From an uncultured Gemmatimonadales bacterium (lineage in GTDB: Bacteria > Gemmatimonadota > Gemmatimonadetes > Longimicrobiales > RSA9): DNA of 64,000 nt. The translations under genes were made by a program, and so were the position numbers. Positions 9,650 to 22,136 of this stretch are shown here, in pieces; the first letter of the stretch is position 1, and each line of letters starts with the position of its first letter. Where the stretch lies: assembly GCA_963798085.1 (NCBI GenBank), contig CAWCRS010000005.1, positions 128,001 to 192,000 on the forward strand, written 5' to 3'. The notes under the pieces were generated by a model that saw only the letters and a list, made by a program, of their open reading frames with translations, was not told the origin of the DNA and did not search any database.

Positions 9650-10404
9650 TTGGGCGGGGCGACGCCCAGTTCCTGCTGCAGCAGCGTCTTCAGTTCACTG
9701 TAGTCGGCAAAATTCTGCATGGCGCGCTGTCCCACGAAGATCGTCGGCGTCGAGTGTACCCCCAGCTTCTCGCCCAGCAGGCGATTGGCGCTCACTACAT
9801 CAGCGAACTGATCGCTGCGCAGACAGCTCTCGAACTTCGCGGGGTCGATTGCCACCAGCTTCGCGTAGGCCACGAACTGCGCGACCGGCACCGACTTCGC
9901 GAAGCTCCAGTCGTTCTGCCGGCTGAACAGCACGTCATGGTACTGCCAGTACTTGCCCTGCTCGCCGGCGCAGCGCGCGGCCCGCGCGGCGACGAAGCCG
10001 TAGCGATGCTGGGGGTCGCCGCCCGACAGGTCGATCGGGTAGTCGTAGTAGACGAACTGCACCAGGTTGCGATCGAGATACTCGGCGCGCAGCTGCGGCT
10101 CGACCTGCGAATTGAAGATGCGGCAGGCCGGACAGGTGAAGTCGCTGAAGATGAGGACCCTGGCGGTCGCTTCCGGCGAGCCGCCCACCACGCCCTGCGC
10201 TTTCTTGAAGAGCGCCTGCGAATCTTCCATGCCCGTCAGCGGCACGGGCGCGGCCACGACACTCGACTCGCGGTACATCACGTTGTAGCCGATCCAGGCG
10301 AGTCCGGCCACCGCGACCAGCGCGAGCAGCAGATAGAAGCCCTTGAGGTTCGGACCGGCCGCTTGCGTTTTTGCCGCCGCCGCCTTGCTGCCCTTCCGTT
10401 GCAT
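9646..10404 (-). CDS. DsbA-family protein, membrane-anchored
   Basis: TM segment, FSDFTCPAC, GVHSTPT; stop overlaps the VKOR start. Confidence 0.88.
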   Translation of the reverse strand: MQRKGSKAAAAKTQAAGPNLKGFYLLLALVAVAGLAWIGYNVMYRESSVVAAPVPLTGMEDSQALFKKAQGVVGGSPEATARVLIFSDFTCPACRIFNSQVEPQLRAEYLDRNLVQFVYYDYPIDLSGGDPQHRYGFVAARAARCAGEQGKYWQYHDVLFSRQNDWSFAKSVPVAQFVAYAKLVAIDPAKFESCLRSDQFADVVSANRLLGEKLGVHSTPTIFVGQRAMQNFADYSELKTLLQQELGVAPPK

Positions 10405-10471
10405 CTGTGCCAAGCGAGCCCTCCTGTCCGGCCACGCGCACGAGTTTTCGTTTGTTCGTGGGAAGGTGGTG

Positions 10472-11164
10472 TCAACCCAGCAGCGTGTCCAGTACGGCGG
10501 CCGTGTCCGAAAGATCCGCGAACACCGTGTGCGCACCCGCTCGCCACAGGCTCGCTTCATTGAACGTGCCCGTGGTCACGCCCAGCGCGTGCACGCCCAG
10601 CGACTGGCCACACACCATGTCGGCAGGCGTGTCGCCAATCACGATGATGTCGCGACCACGGAACTCGAGGCCGGCCAGCTCTCGGGCCCGCCGCACCGCG
10701 AGCGGCGGCAGCGCCTCGCGCCGCTCGCTGTCCGAGCCGTAGGCGCCGAAGCGGAACGCGCTGTGCAATGCGGCCGACGCCAGCTTGAGTGTAGCGCCCT
10801 CCTCGATGTTGCCGGTCACCAGACCCGCGAGTGCCTCGCCCGATTCCTGCAATGCCGCGATCAGCCGGGGCACGCCGGGCAGCGCCACGGCTTCCTGCCC
10901 GGGCACGAGCAGCTCGCTGCGCAGCTCACGCACATAGGCCGACCAGAGGGAGACGAAGCCGCTCTCAATGCGCGCGTCACTGAAGCCGTCGAGGCGCAGC
11001 AGCTCGCGCGCGATCTGCGGATCCGTCTTGCCGCCGAACTCGTGCGTGGCGATGGGGCCGGCCGTGCCGTACACTTCGAGCATGGCTCGCAGAAAGGCAC
11101 GCCTGGCCGCACCGCGCGACCACAGCAGCGTGCCATCGATATCGAAAAGAATCAGCCGCTTCAC
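10472..11164 (-). CDS. HAD-superfamily phosphatase
   Basis: LFDIDGTL, VTGN, IGDTPAD motifs. Confidence 0.9.
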   Translation of the reverse strand: MKRLILFDIDGTLLWSRGAARRAFLRAMLEVYGTAGPIATHEFGGKTDPQIARELLRLDGFSDARIESGFVSLWSAYVRELRSELLVPGQEAVALPGVPRLIAALQESGEALAGLVTGNIEEGATLKLASAALHSAFRFGAYGSDSERREALPPLAVRRARELAGLEFRGRDIIVIGDTPADMVCGQSLGVHALGVTTGTFNEASLWRAGAHTVFADLSDTAAVLDTLLG

Positions 11165-11182
11165 CCGACCGGCCTTGCCTCC

Positions 11183-12095
11183 GTGTTGCGCCGCATCCTG
11201 ATCGCGCTACCGCTCGCCGCCATCGGCGCGCTTCTCTTCTGGTGGCTCATCCTGCCCTGGCCCGTGCTGCTGCGCCGCGTCAATCCCGGCCGCACCGCGT
11301 TCATGCGGCTGCGCATTGCCGAGGCCAGGGCAGCCGGACACACGCTCGACGTGCACCAGACCTGGCTGCCGCTCGATCGCATGGCGCACCATCTGCAGCG
11401 CGCCGTGATCGTGGCCGAGGATGGCCGCTTCGAAGACCACCACGGCATCGACTGGGCAGCGCTCGGCGAGGAGCTGCATTACCGCAGTGACGGCGACTAC
11501 TCGCTGCTCGACGCGCACGACCTGCGCGAAACCCTGCGCTCACTCACGCTACTGGGCCGGCAATCGCGGTCGCGTGCGCGGCCGCAGCACCATCACGCAG
11601 CAGCTGGCCAAGAATCTCTACTTCAGCGCCGACCGCTCGCTGCTGCGCAAGGTGGAAGAGCTGGCTGTCGCGTTCCGCCTGGAATGGTTCCTCTCGAAAG
11701 ATCGCATCCTCGAGCTGTACCTGAACGTGGCGGAATGGGGTCCAGGCATCTTCGGTGCGGAAGCCGCGTCGCAGGCGTATTTCGGTCATTCCGCGACGCA
11801 GCTCTCCGCGGACGAGGCGGCATTGCTCGCGGCCACGCTGCCCCAGCCATTGAGTTCCAACCCGAATCACAGGCCGGGCCGCCTCGCCTGGCGCAAGGAC
11901 CTCATCCTGCGGCGCATGGGCGCCGCGGGTCCGGTCGAAACCGTACCGCTCGAACCACCACCCACGGTGGTGATCGACACCCTGGCCATCGACTCGATCG
12001 TGAGTCGCCGCGATACCGTGCGGCGCGACACCCTGTCCGCCGACACGCTGCGCCGCGACACGCTCGCCGCTACACCGTTGAGGACGTCGCATTGA
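11183..12095 (+). CDS. mtgA: Monofunctional peptidoglycan transglycosylase (one frameshift near 11545, probably sequencing error)
   Basis: VAEDGRFEDHHGID in one frame; STITQQLAKNL, RKVEE, SKDRILELYLNVAEWG in another. Confidence 0.85.
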
Positions 12096-13041
12096 CGCTG
12101 ACGGCGCGCACGATGGCGCGCTCCAGCGCGGCGCTCGCCGCCGCGCCGAAGGCCATGACCTGGCCCGGCGGCGCGGGCTGCGGCTCGAGCGCCGTCGACA
12201 GTGCGAACACCAGGTCGCCATCGAAGGGCGAGAACGCCGGCCTGATGCGCCGGGCCAGTGCGGCCGAGGCCATGCGCGCGACCAGCATGAGGCTCTCGCG
12301 CGGCAACGGCGCATCAGTCACGACCACGCCCAACGTCGTGTTAGTACCCGGCGTGATCTCCGGCGCGGGCGCCGCCTGACGACCGAACCCGTGCGGTGCG
12401 CCCGCACGGATCAGGGCAATCGAATCGGCCCAGCCGCCGCCCGCGGCGTGCGCGCCGGCAATCACACGACCGTCGTCGCCTGTTACTTCTCCCAGAGGAT
12501 TCACCACCGCGAGTCCGAGTACGGCGCAATCCGACTGCTCCTCCAGCGCACAACCGAAGCCCCCGCGCGCGGCGTGATCCCGGCCCAGCACCTTTCCCGC
12601 AGTAGCGCCGGCACCGGCGCCGACTGCGCCCTCGGCGGGCGCCGCATTGCTCGCGGCCGCGCACGCCGCGCGGCCCATGGCCGCGTCCGGGCGGCGGTCC
12701 GCGCGACCCACGCCCAGGTCGAAGATCACCGCGGCGGGAACGATGGGAACGCGCGCCACGCCCGTCTCGAATCCCTGTCCCCGTTCCTCGAGCCACGCCA
12801 CCACGCCGTCGGCCGCGGCCAGACCGAAGGCGGAGCCGCCCGTGAGCAGCAGCGCATCGATGCGCGGGACCAGGTGGAGCAGGGAGAGGGAATCCAGCTC
12901 GCGTGTGCCGGTGGCGTGACCCGCGATATGACAGGCGCCTCGGAAGGGCCCGAGCAGAACGGTGCAGCCGGTGCGTGCCTCATCGTCCGCCGCGTGGCCG
13001 ATGCGCAGGCCCGGCACGCGCACCACGGCCGGATCAGGCAA
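12070..13041 (-). CDS. P1/S58 family peptidase (DmpA-like)
   Basis: TGCTV, GTRE, LLTGGSAFGLAAADG, NTTLGVVVTDA, FDGDLVF. Confidence 0.9.
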   Translation of the reverse strand: MPDPAVVRVPGLRIGHAADDEARTGCTVLLGPFRGACHIAGHATGTRELDSLSLLHLVPRIDALLLTGGSAFGLAAADGVVAWLEERGQGFETGVARVPIVPAAVIFDLGVGRADRRPDAAMGRAACAAASNAAPAEGAVGAGAGATAGKVLGRDHAARGGFGCALEEQSDCAVLGLAVVNPLGEVTGDDGRVIAGAHAAGGGWADSIALIRAGAPHGFGRQAAPAPEITPGTNTTLGVVVTDAPLPRESLMLVARMASAALARRIRPAFSPFDGDLVFALSTALEPQPAPPGQVMAFGAAASAALERAIVRAVSVNATSSTV

Positions 13042-13793
13042 CGGCCGCGGTCCAACCCGCCATTACGGCCGCGCCGAACGCGGCGAACAGCCGGCGATCC
13101 GCGTCGCTGACAGACGGGTTCGCATCCTGCCGCTCCGGATGCCATTGCACCGCCACGCCCCACGGATAGTCGCGCATCTCGACCGCTTCGATGACGCCAT
13201 CGCCGGCCACCCCGGTCACGATCAGCGACGGCGCCGGGGCGTGCACCGACTGGTGATGGAAGGAGTTCGTGCGCAGGCGGGTTTTGCCCACGATGCCCGC
13301 CAGCCGTGAGTCCGGCTCCAGCACCACATCGTGAACCTGTGCGCTCCACGTCGGCGACTGCGCGTGCCCGGCGCGGGCGTGCAGGAGATCGCGGTCAATG
13401 TCCTGGTACAGTGTGCCACCCAGGAACACGTTCAGCACCTGAATGCCGCGGCAGATGCCCAGGACCGGCAGGCGGCGCTGCAGCGCGGCCTGCAGCGCCG
13501 TAAACTCCGTGTTATCGCGCTCCGCCGACACCGAGTCCAGTCCCGGCAGCGGCGCCTCGCCATAGCGGGCCGGATCGACGTCGCCACCACCCGTGCAGCA
13601 CCAGCCCGCCGCACGCCTGCAGCAGCGCCTCGATCGACTCCGGCGAGTGCGCGGGCGAAATCAGCACCGTGGCCAGACCGGCATCCTCCAGGGCGCTCAC
13701 GTACGCTCCGTACACCTGTACGCGCGGCCGCTGGTGCGGCCCCGCGTTCTCGTCCCACGAGGTGGTCAGCGCCACCAGCGGTCGCGTGCTCAT
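13034..13793 (-). CDS. Peptidase C26 / gamma-glutamyl-gamma-aminobutyrate hydrolase family (frameshifted, probably sequencing error)
   Basis: PVLGICRGIQVLNV, NSFHHQ, VQWHPE; N-terminus lies in a different frame. Confidence 0.85.
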
Positions 13794-14773
13794 GCCGCGA
13801 CGCCTGCGGGCGACGGTGCCGCTGACATCAGTGTCAGCGCCTTCGCCGCATCCAGGTTGCCACCGGAGAGCACTGCCACGGTGCGCCGTGCCGGCGCCTT
13901 GCCGCTGAATACCGCAGCTGCGGTGGCCGCGCCCGAAAACTCGACGACGAGCTTCGCCCGCCGCAGCAGCCTGGTCGTGGCGTCCAGGATTTCGTCATCG
14001 GTGACCAGCACGATGTCATCGACGAACGCGCGCACGTGCTCGTACGTGAGATCGCCGGGGCGTACGGGCATGAGCCCGTCCGCGATGGTCGGCTTGAAGT
14101 CGATGGTCACGGGATGGCCTGCCTGCTTCGAGCGCTTCATGGCATCCGCGGCGACCGGCTCCACGCCGATCACGCGACACGCGGGCTTCACCTGCTTCAC
14201 CCACGCGGCCACGCCGCTCGCCAGGCCACCGCCGCCAATGGGCACGAGCACGTTCTCGACGTCAGGCCAGTCCTCGAGCACTTCCAGGCCGACAGTGCCC
14301 TGCCCCGCGATGATGTCGGGATGATCGAAGGGCGGCACGATGGTGAGGCCCCGGCGCTGCGCTTCCGCTTCCGCGCGCACCTTGCGATCCGTCGACGACG
14401 TGCCTTCGAGGATCACTTCGGCGCCGAAGCTCTTCGCACCCTCGACCTTGATCGCAGGCGCCGTCGTGGGCATGACCACCACGGCGTGCACACCGAACAG
14501 CTGCGCGGCCAGCGCCACGCCCTGTCCGTGGTTTCCCGAGGAATACGTGATGACGCCACGCGCGCGATCCGGCTGCGAGAGTCGCGCAACCAGTGTGTAC
14601 GCGCCGCGGATCTTGAAGGCGCCCGCGCGCTGCAGGTTTTCGCACTTGAAGCGCACCTCGCCACCCAGCTCCGCATCCAGCCACGGGGCCGGCAGCAGCG
14701 GCGTCCTGACGACGACGCCCTGCAGGGTCTGCGCCGCAGCCGCAATGCTCTCGCGCGTGACCAGCTCGCTCAA
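13790..14773 (-). CDS. PLP-dependent threonine/serine dehydratase
   Basis: KCENLQRAGAFKIRGA, SSGNHGQG, PIGGGGL, LSGGN. Confidence 0.92.
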   Translation of the reverse strand: MSELVTRESIAAAAQTLQGVVVRTPLLPAPWLDAELGGEVRFKCENLQRAGAFKIRGAYTLVARLSQPDRARGVITYSSGNHGQGVALAAQLFGVHAVVVMPTTAPAIKVEGAKSFGAEVILEGTSSTDRKVRAEAEAQRRGLTIVPPFDHPDIIAGQGTVGLEVLEDWPDVENVLVPIGGGGLASGVAAWVKQVKPACRVIGVEPVAADAMKRSKQAGHPVTIDFKPTIADGLMPVRPGDLTYEHVRAFVDDIVLVTDDEILDATTRLLRRAKLVVEFSGAATAAAVFSGKAPARRTVAVLSGGNLDAAKALTLMSAAPSPAGVAA

Positions 14774-17407
14774 AGTTCCTCCTCTTCAGGCGAGTCTTCC
14801 GGCCCGCCCGTGTCGAAGTCATCGCCGGGCGCATCATCCGCCCCGGAACCGAATCCCGCGGGGCTGCCCGTGGTTTCATCAGCGAGCGCCCGGGCGTCGG
14901 GGCCGCTCCCGCCATCCTCGCCGTCATCCAGCGGGCCGGCGCCGTTCTCACCCTCTTCGGGAACGACGCGCGCAATGTCCATCACGGCGTCGCCTTCGTC
15001 CAGCATGACCACGCGCACGCCCTGCGTGGCGCGGCCGATCACGCGCATATCGCCGATGTGCTGCCGGTTCACGATGCCGTTGCGCGTGATGACCATCAGC
15101 TCGTCGGTTTCCTGCACGCTCTTGATGGCGACGACGCGCCCCGTCTGTTCGTTGAGCCGGAAGTTGATCACGCCCTGCCCGCCGCGCGACTGCTGGGGAT
15201 AGTCCTCGATCAGCGTGCGCTTGCCGCGGCCGTACTCCGTGACCGTGAGCACCGTGGTGGCATCGCCGAACTCGGGCCGGATCACGACCATGCCGATCAC
15301 GTGGTCTTCGCTGCGCAGCCGGATGCCGCGCACGCCCGTGGCCACCCGACCCATGCCGCGCACATCGGACTCGTGGAAGCGGATGGCCATGCCGTCGCGG
15401 GTAGCCAGCACCACGTCGTCGCTGCCATCCGTGATCTGCACATCGATCAGCGCATCATCCGGTTCAATGTTGATGGCGTTCACCCCGACTGACGCGGATG
15501 TTGCGGTACGCGGATAGTGCCGTCTTCTTCACGGTGCCGCGGCGCGTGGCAAACACGAGATAGCGGTCGTCGCTGAACTCGCGCACCGGCACGACGGCGG
15601 CGATGCGCTCCTCCGCGGACAGGGCCAGGATATTGACGATGGGCTTGCCCCGCGACTCGCGCGTGCCCACCGGGATCTCGTGCACCTTGAGCCAGTAGCA
15701 GTGGCCGGTGACGGTGAACACCATCAGGTAATCGTGCGTTTGCGCCGTGTACAGGTGCTCGATCCAGTCATCGTCCTTGGGCCGCACGCCCTGCAGGCCG
15801 CGGCCGCCTCGCCGCTGCGCCCGGTAGGTGGTGAGGGGCAGGCGCTTCACGTAGCCCTCGTGCGACATGGTGATGACCATCTCCTCATCGACCAGCAGAT
15901 CCTCGATGGAGAGCGAGCCCACCTGCGTGAATTCCGAGCGCCGCGCATCGCCGTAGGTTTTCGCGATCTCGACGCAGTTCGTCCTTGATGATCGTTCATG
16001 CGCCGTTCGCGATTGCCCAGGATGTCGCGCAGGTCCGCGATCGGTGGCGCGCACTTCGCGCCAGCTCGGCATCGAGCTTCTCGATCTCGAGGCTGGTCAG
16101 CCGCGCGAGCCGCATGTCCAGAATGGCCTTCGCCTGGCGCTCCGACAGGGCGAAGCGTTCCTGCAGCCGGGCGCTGGCCGTCTCCGTATCCGGCGAATGC
16201 CGGATCAGGTCGACGACAGCGTCAATGGCGTCGAGCGCGATACTGGAGGCCTTCCAGGATGTGCTCGCGCTCGAGTGCCTGCCTCGAGGTCGTACTCGGT
16301 GCGGCGCACGACGACCTCGTGCCGGTGATCGAGGAAGTGCTGGATCAGCTCGCGCAGATTCATGATGCGCGGCTCGCCATTGATCAGCGCGAGCATGATC
16401 ACGCCGAACGTGGACTGCATCTGCGTGTGCTTGTAGAGCTGGTTCAGCACGATGCTGGGAATCGCGTCGCGTTTCAACTCGATGACGATGCGAATGCCGT
16501 CGCGGTCGGACTCGTCACGCAGATCCGTGATGTCGGTGACGCGCTTCTCGCGCACCAGATCCGCGATCTGCTCGATCAGCCGCGACTTGTTCACCATGAA
16601 CGGAATCTCCGTCACGATGATGGCGTTGCGACCGCTTGTCCGGTTCCTCGAAGTCGGCGCTGCGCGCGCATCACGACTGCGCCCGCGCCCGCTCTCGTAC
16701 GCCTCCCCAGACCTTCGCTGATGCAGATGTAGCCGCCCGTGGGGAAGTCCGGCCCGCGGATGAAGCGCATCAGTTCCGGAATCGTCACGTCCGGATTGTC
16801 GATCTGGTGAATGCAGGCGTCGACGACTTCGCGCAGATTGTGCGGCGGCACGTTGGTGGCCATGCCCACGGCGATGCCGGAACTGCCGTTGACCAGCAGG
16901 TTGGGAAACTTCGCGGGCAGCACGGTCGGCTCTTCGCGCTGGTCGTCGAAGTTGGGAATGAAGTCGACCGTCTCCTTGTCAATGTCGGCCAGCAGTTCGC
17001 CCGCCAGCCGCGTCAGCCTCGCCTCCGTATACCGGTAGGCCGCGGCGTTGTCGCCATCGATGGAGCCGAAGTTGCCCTGCCCGTCAATGAGCGGGTAGCG
17101 CAGCGAGAAGTCCTGCACCATGCGCACGAGCGCGTCATAGACCGCCATGTCGCCGTGCGGGTGGTACTTGCCCAGCACATCGCCCACCACGGTCGCGCTC
17201 TTCTTGTATGGCCGTCCGGGGACCAGCCCGGCTTCCTGCATGGCGAACAGGATGCGCCGATGCACGGGCTTGAGTCCGTCACGCACATCGGGCAGCGCGC
17301 GCTGTACGATCACGCTCATCGAGTAGTCGAGGAACGACTGCGCGCATCTCGTCCTCGATCAGGCGAGGCAGGATGCGCTCGTTGCTGCCGGGCGGGCTCG
17401 TCGCCAT
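14770..17407 (-). CDS. gyrA: DNA gyrase subunit A, split by several indels (probably sequencing errors)
   Basis: [22 protein letters not shown], catalytic [10 protein letters not shown], GyrA box QRRGGRG and C-terminal pinwheel repeats found across consecutive ORF fragments. Confidence 0.95.
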
Positions 17408-18103
17408 ATCCTTCTTCCATCCCTGGTTTGCGAGAGAGTCGGTGCGCTCGGGGGCGCGGCACCCGGCGCGCGCCCTTCCGGGCCGACCGCGCGGGCCGGC
17501 GGGGTCGCGCCGAGCCCTTGCGTACCCCATGCCTCGCACGTGTGTGCCCACGCGCCCGAGCACGCGCCCGCGAGATCAGGGCGCGGGCCTGTCCCGATTG
17601 TTTGCAGGCGTTGTCAAGCAAGCGGAGCGCGGACGTCAGGCGAGCCGGGGCGAAAACGGCGCAGGGCACAGATCGCGGCGAGGCGTGCCTCCGGCCCGAC
17701 CGGCGGGCGGATCGTCGCACTGCGCAAGCCTGGCGGCGGTGCACCGGGAAACTGGCGCGGGTGCGACCCGATTCGGCGGCCTGATGGCGAAGTTGGCCTT
17801 CGCCATTGAAATCCGGCCGGTGCGGGGCGACCTTGTCGGCTGCGCACAACCGTCTCGCGGGTGTCTTGCGGTGTGCCGGGCCGGGCGAGGGTGGCAGCGA
17901 TTGCACGAACCCGGTTCCGCCTTGTACTGGAGGCGCCGACCCCGGACACCCGCGCTCAAGGCGCCAATGCTGGAAACCGACCAGGAACGGACCGACGCGG
18001 TGAGCCGCGGACCGGGCGCTCGGGTCGGTGCTGCGCCCTGCGGCCGGCAAACTGGCGACCGGCCGGGGACGAGTGAACCCGTTGCCCGTTCAGGAGGAGG
18101 GCT

Positions 18104-20497
<2,394 letters not shown>

Positions 20498-20510
20498 ACG
20501 TAGTGGAGGC

Positions 20511-21329
20511 ATGAGCGAGGAGCGCCGGGATCTCAGATTCACACTTGGCCTCCGGTCGAACCGGAAGGACTGGGTGGGATCGCTGATCCTGGCGCTCCTC
20601 TTCCATCTGGCGTTGATCTGGCTGGTGCTGACAGCGCAACGGCTGGCCGGAACGATGTCGCTGGACGAAGGCGTCGGGCATGGCATTGGCGCCGGCCTCG
20701 CGGGCGGCGGCGGCGGCGGCTCCGCTGGCGAAGAGATCGTCACCCTCGTGATTCCCGTCGCCGACCCCACACCGCCACCGCCCAAACCGCAGGTCGAGAT
20801 CACGAAACCCGTTGTTCCGCCGCTGAAGCTGGATCCCGTGACGATCCCCAACACGATTCCACCGCCCACACCGCCCGTCGATTCACTGCGGCTGGCCAGC
20901 GCGGATTCCGCGCGGCTGGCGGGACTGGCCGCGGCTGCCGGTGGGGGTGGCGATGGCACAGGTCGTGGCAGCGGCGCGGGCGCCGGCACCGGAGCGGGTT
21001 CCGGGGGTGGCCGCGGTGGCGGAAATGGCGGCGGCATCGGCGATGGCAACGGTCCGGGTTCCGGGCGAGGCAACATGATGCCGCCTTCGCCGGATGTGCT
21101 GATTCTGCCACCGCAGGCCACATCGAAAGTGCGTGGCAAGACCATCGTGGTGCAGCTCACAGTAGACTCGACCGGCGTGGTCCGCGATGTCAGGCTGATG
21201 CCGCCCACGGGCGATGGCAAATATGACGACTCTCTACGTAAGGCGGCGTTTTCGTGGCACTTCCGTCCCGCGCGCAATACCGAGAACCGGCCCGTGACCG
21301 CCGTCTTCGAAGTCACCTTCACTTTCTGA
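20511..21329 (+). CDS. TonB-like energy transducer (TM, Pro-rich and Gly-rich linkers, TonB_C-like end)
   Basis: LALLFHLAL TM with His; C-terminal VDSTGVV...WHFRPAR...PV...VTFTF. Confidence 0.7.
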   Translation: MSEERRDLRFTLGLRSNRKDWVGSLILALLFHLALIWLVLTAQRLAGTMSLDEGVGHGIGAGLAGGGGGGSAGEEIVTLVIPVADPTPPPPKPQVEITKPVVPPLKLDPVTIPNTIPPPTPPVDSLRLASADSARLAGLAAAAGGGGDGTGRGSGAGAGTGAGSGGGRGGGNGGGIGDGNGPGSGRGNMMPPSPDVLILPPQATSKVRGKTIVVQLTVDSTGVVRDVRLMPPTGDGKYDDSLRKAAFSWHFRPARNTENRPVTAVFEVTFTF

Positions 21330-21523
21330 GCCTTGCGCAGAACTGCCCGCTGCCGCATGCTTTAGCACGAGGGCAGTGATTGCTTAGGACATGGCTTGTT
21401 GCTTGTGTTGTGGTGTTTGAGCGCCCCCCGGCTGCCGCAGGTGGACGTAAGAGCCCACGCAGTGCGCTCCCTGGTGATGTGTGTCCTGCAAAGTCGATAA
21501 CATCCTATTACCAAGGGGATTCG

Positions 21524-22132
21524 ATGGAACCCGTAGATCGCGTCCGTGACATGGTGAGACATGCACTGGTCACGGATCCGGCAGTGACCAACAGGGAGTT
21601 GATGGAGCGCGCCCGCCAGCTGGCGCCCACCGCGGTGGAAGGTCTTACTCTGCAGCAGTTCCACGCTCGCTTCCGGCTGCCGGTCCTGCGCAATGAAATG
21701 GCGGCGCGCAAGGACAAGGGCAAGAAGAAGGAAGAGCCGGCGCGGCCCCGGCGGCGGGCCACGGCCGTGGTGCACGCGCCGCTGCGCACGAGCGTGCGCG
21801 AGATCTTTGTGCGTTTCGCGGTGGACATGGAGAGTGCGGACAATCGCGGCCAGCTGGTGCAGGTCGTGTCCGGCCTCGATGCCTGTGTGGATGAGATCCT
21901 GCGGCTGGCGCGCGAGCATTACGTACCGGCCGAGCGCGAAGCCAACGGCAGCGCCAGCCATCACAGCGCAGCACCGCGCCCCGCGGCGGTGCGCGCGGAT
22001 GTCGCTGTCGAGGCACCCGCACCGCCCGCTCCGCGACCCGAGCCAATGCTGCGCGCGGAGCGGCCGCTGCCCCTGAACGCGAGGGTGCGCGAAGGCGGCG
22101 GCCGCTTCCGCAAGGCGCCCTGGGAAAGCTGA
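21524..22132 (+). CDS. Hypothetical protein with basic central linker
   Basis: Open frame with AAGGGGA RBS before ATG 21524; host-like codon use. Confidence 0.65.
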   Translation: MEPVDRVRDMVRHALVTDPAVTNRELMERARQLAPTAVEGLTLQQFHARFRLPVLRNEMAARKDKGKKKEEPARPRRRATAVVHAPLRTSVREIFVRFAVDMESADNRGQLVQVVSGLDACVDEILRLAREHYVPAEREANGSASHHSAAPRPAAVRADVAVEAPAPPAPRPEPMLRAERPLPLNARVREGGGRFRKAPWES

Positions 22133-22136
22133 TCGC

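Noticed and set aside
14770..17407. gyrA pseudogene, or programmed frameshifting in gyrA and his genes
   Set aside because: Breaks are scattered over many unrelated genes with motifs intact and no consistent slippery sites; sequencing indels are more parsimonious
17784..17815. Fluoride-riboswitch-like hairpin ATGGCGAAG-ttggc-CTTCGCCAT upstream of hppA
   Set aside because: Lacks the conserved GATG and downstream CTGATGAC/CCTAC pseudoknot elements
18046..18090. c-di-GMP-I-like GGCAAAC...GGGACG
   Set aside because: No GNRA loop, no GCAAAGC junction and no room for the second stem before the RBS
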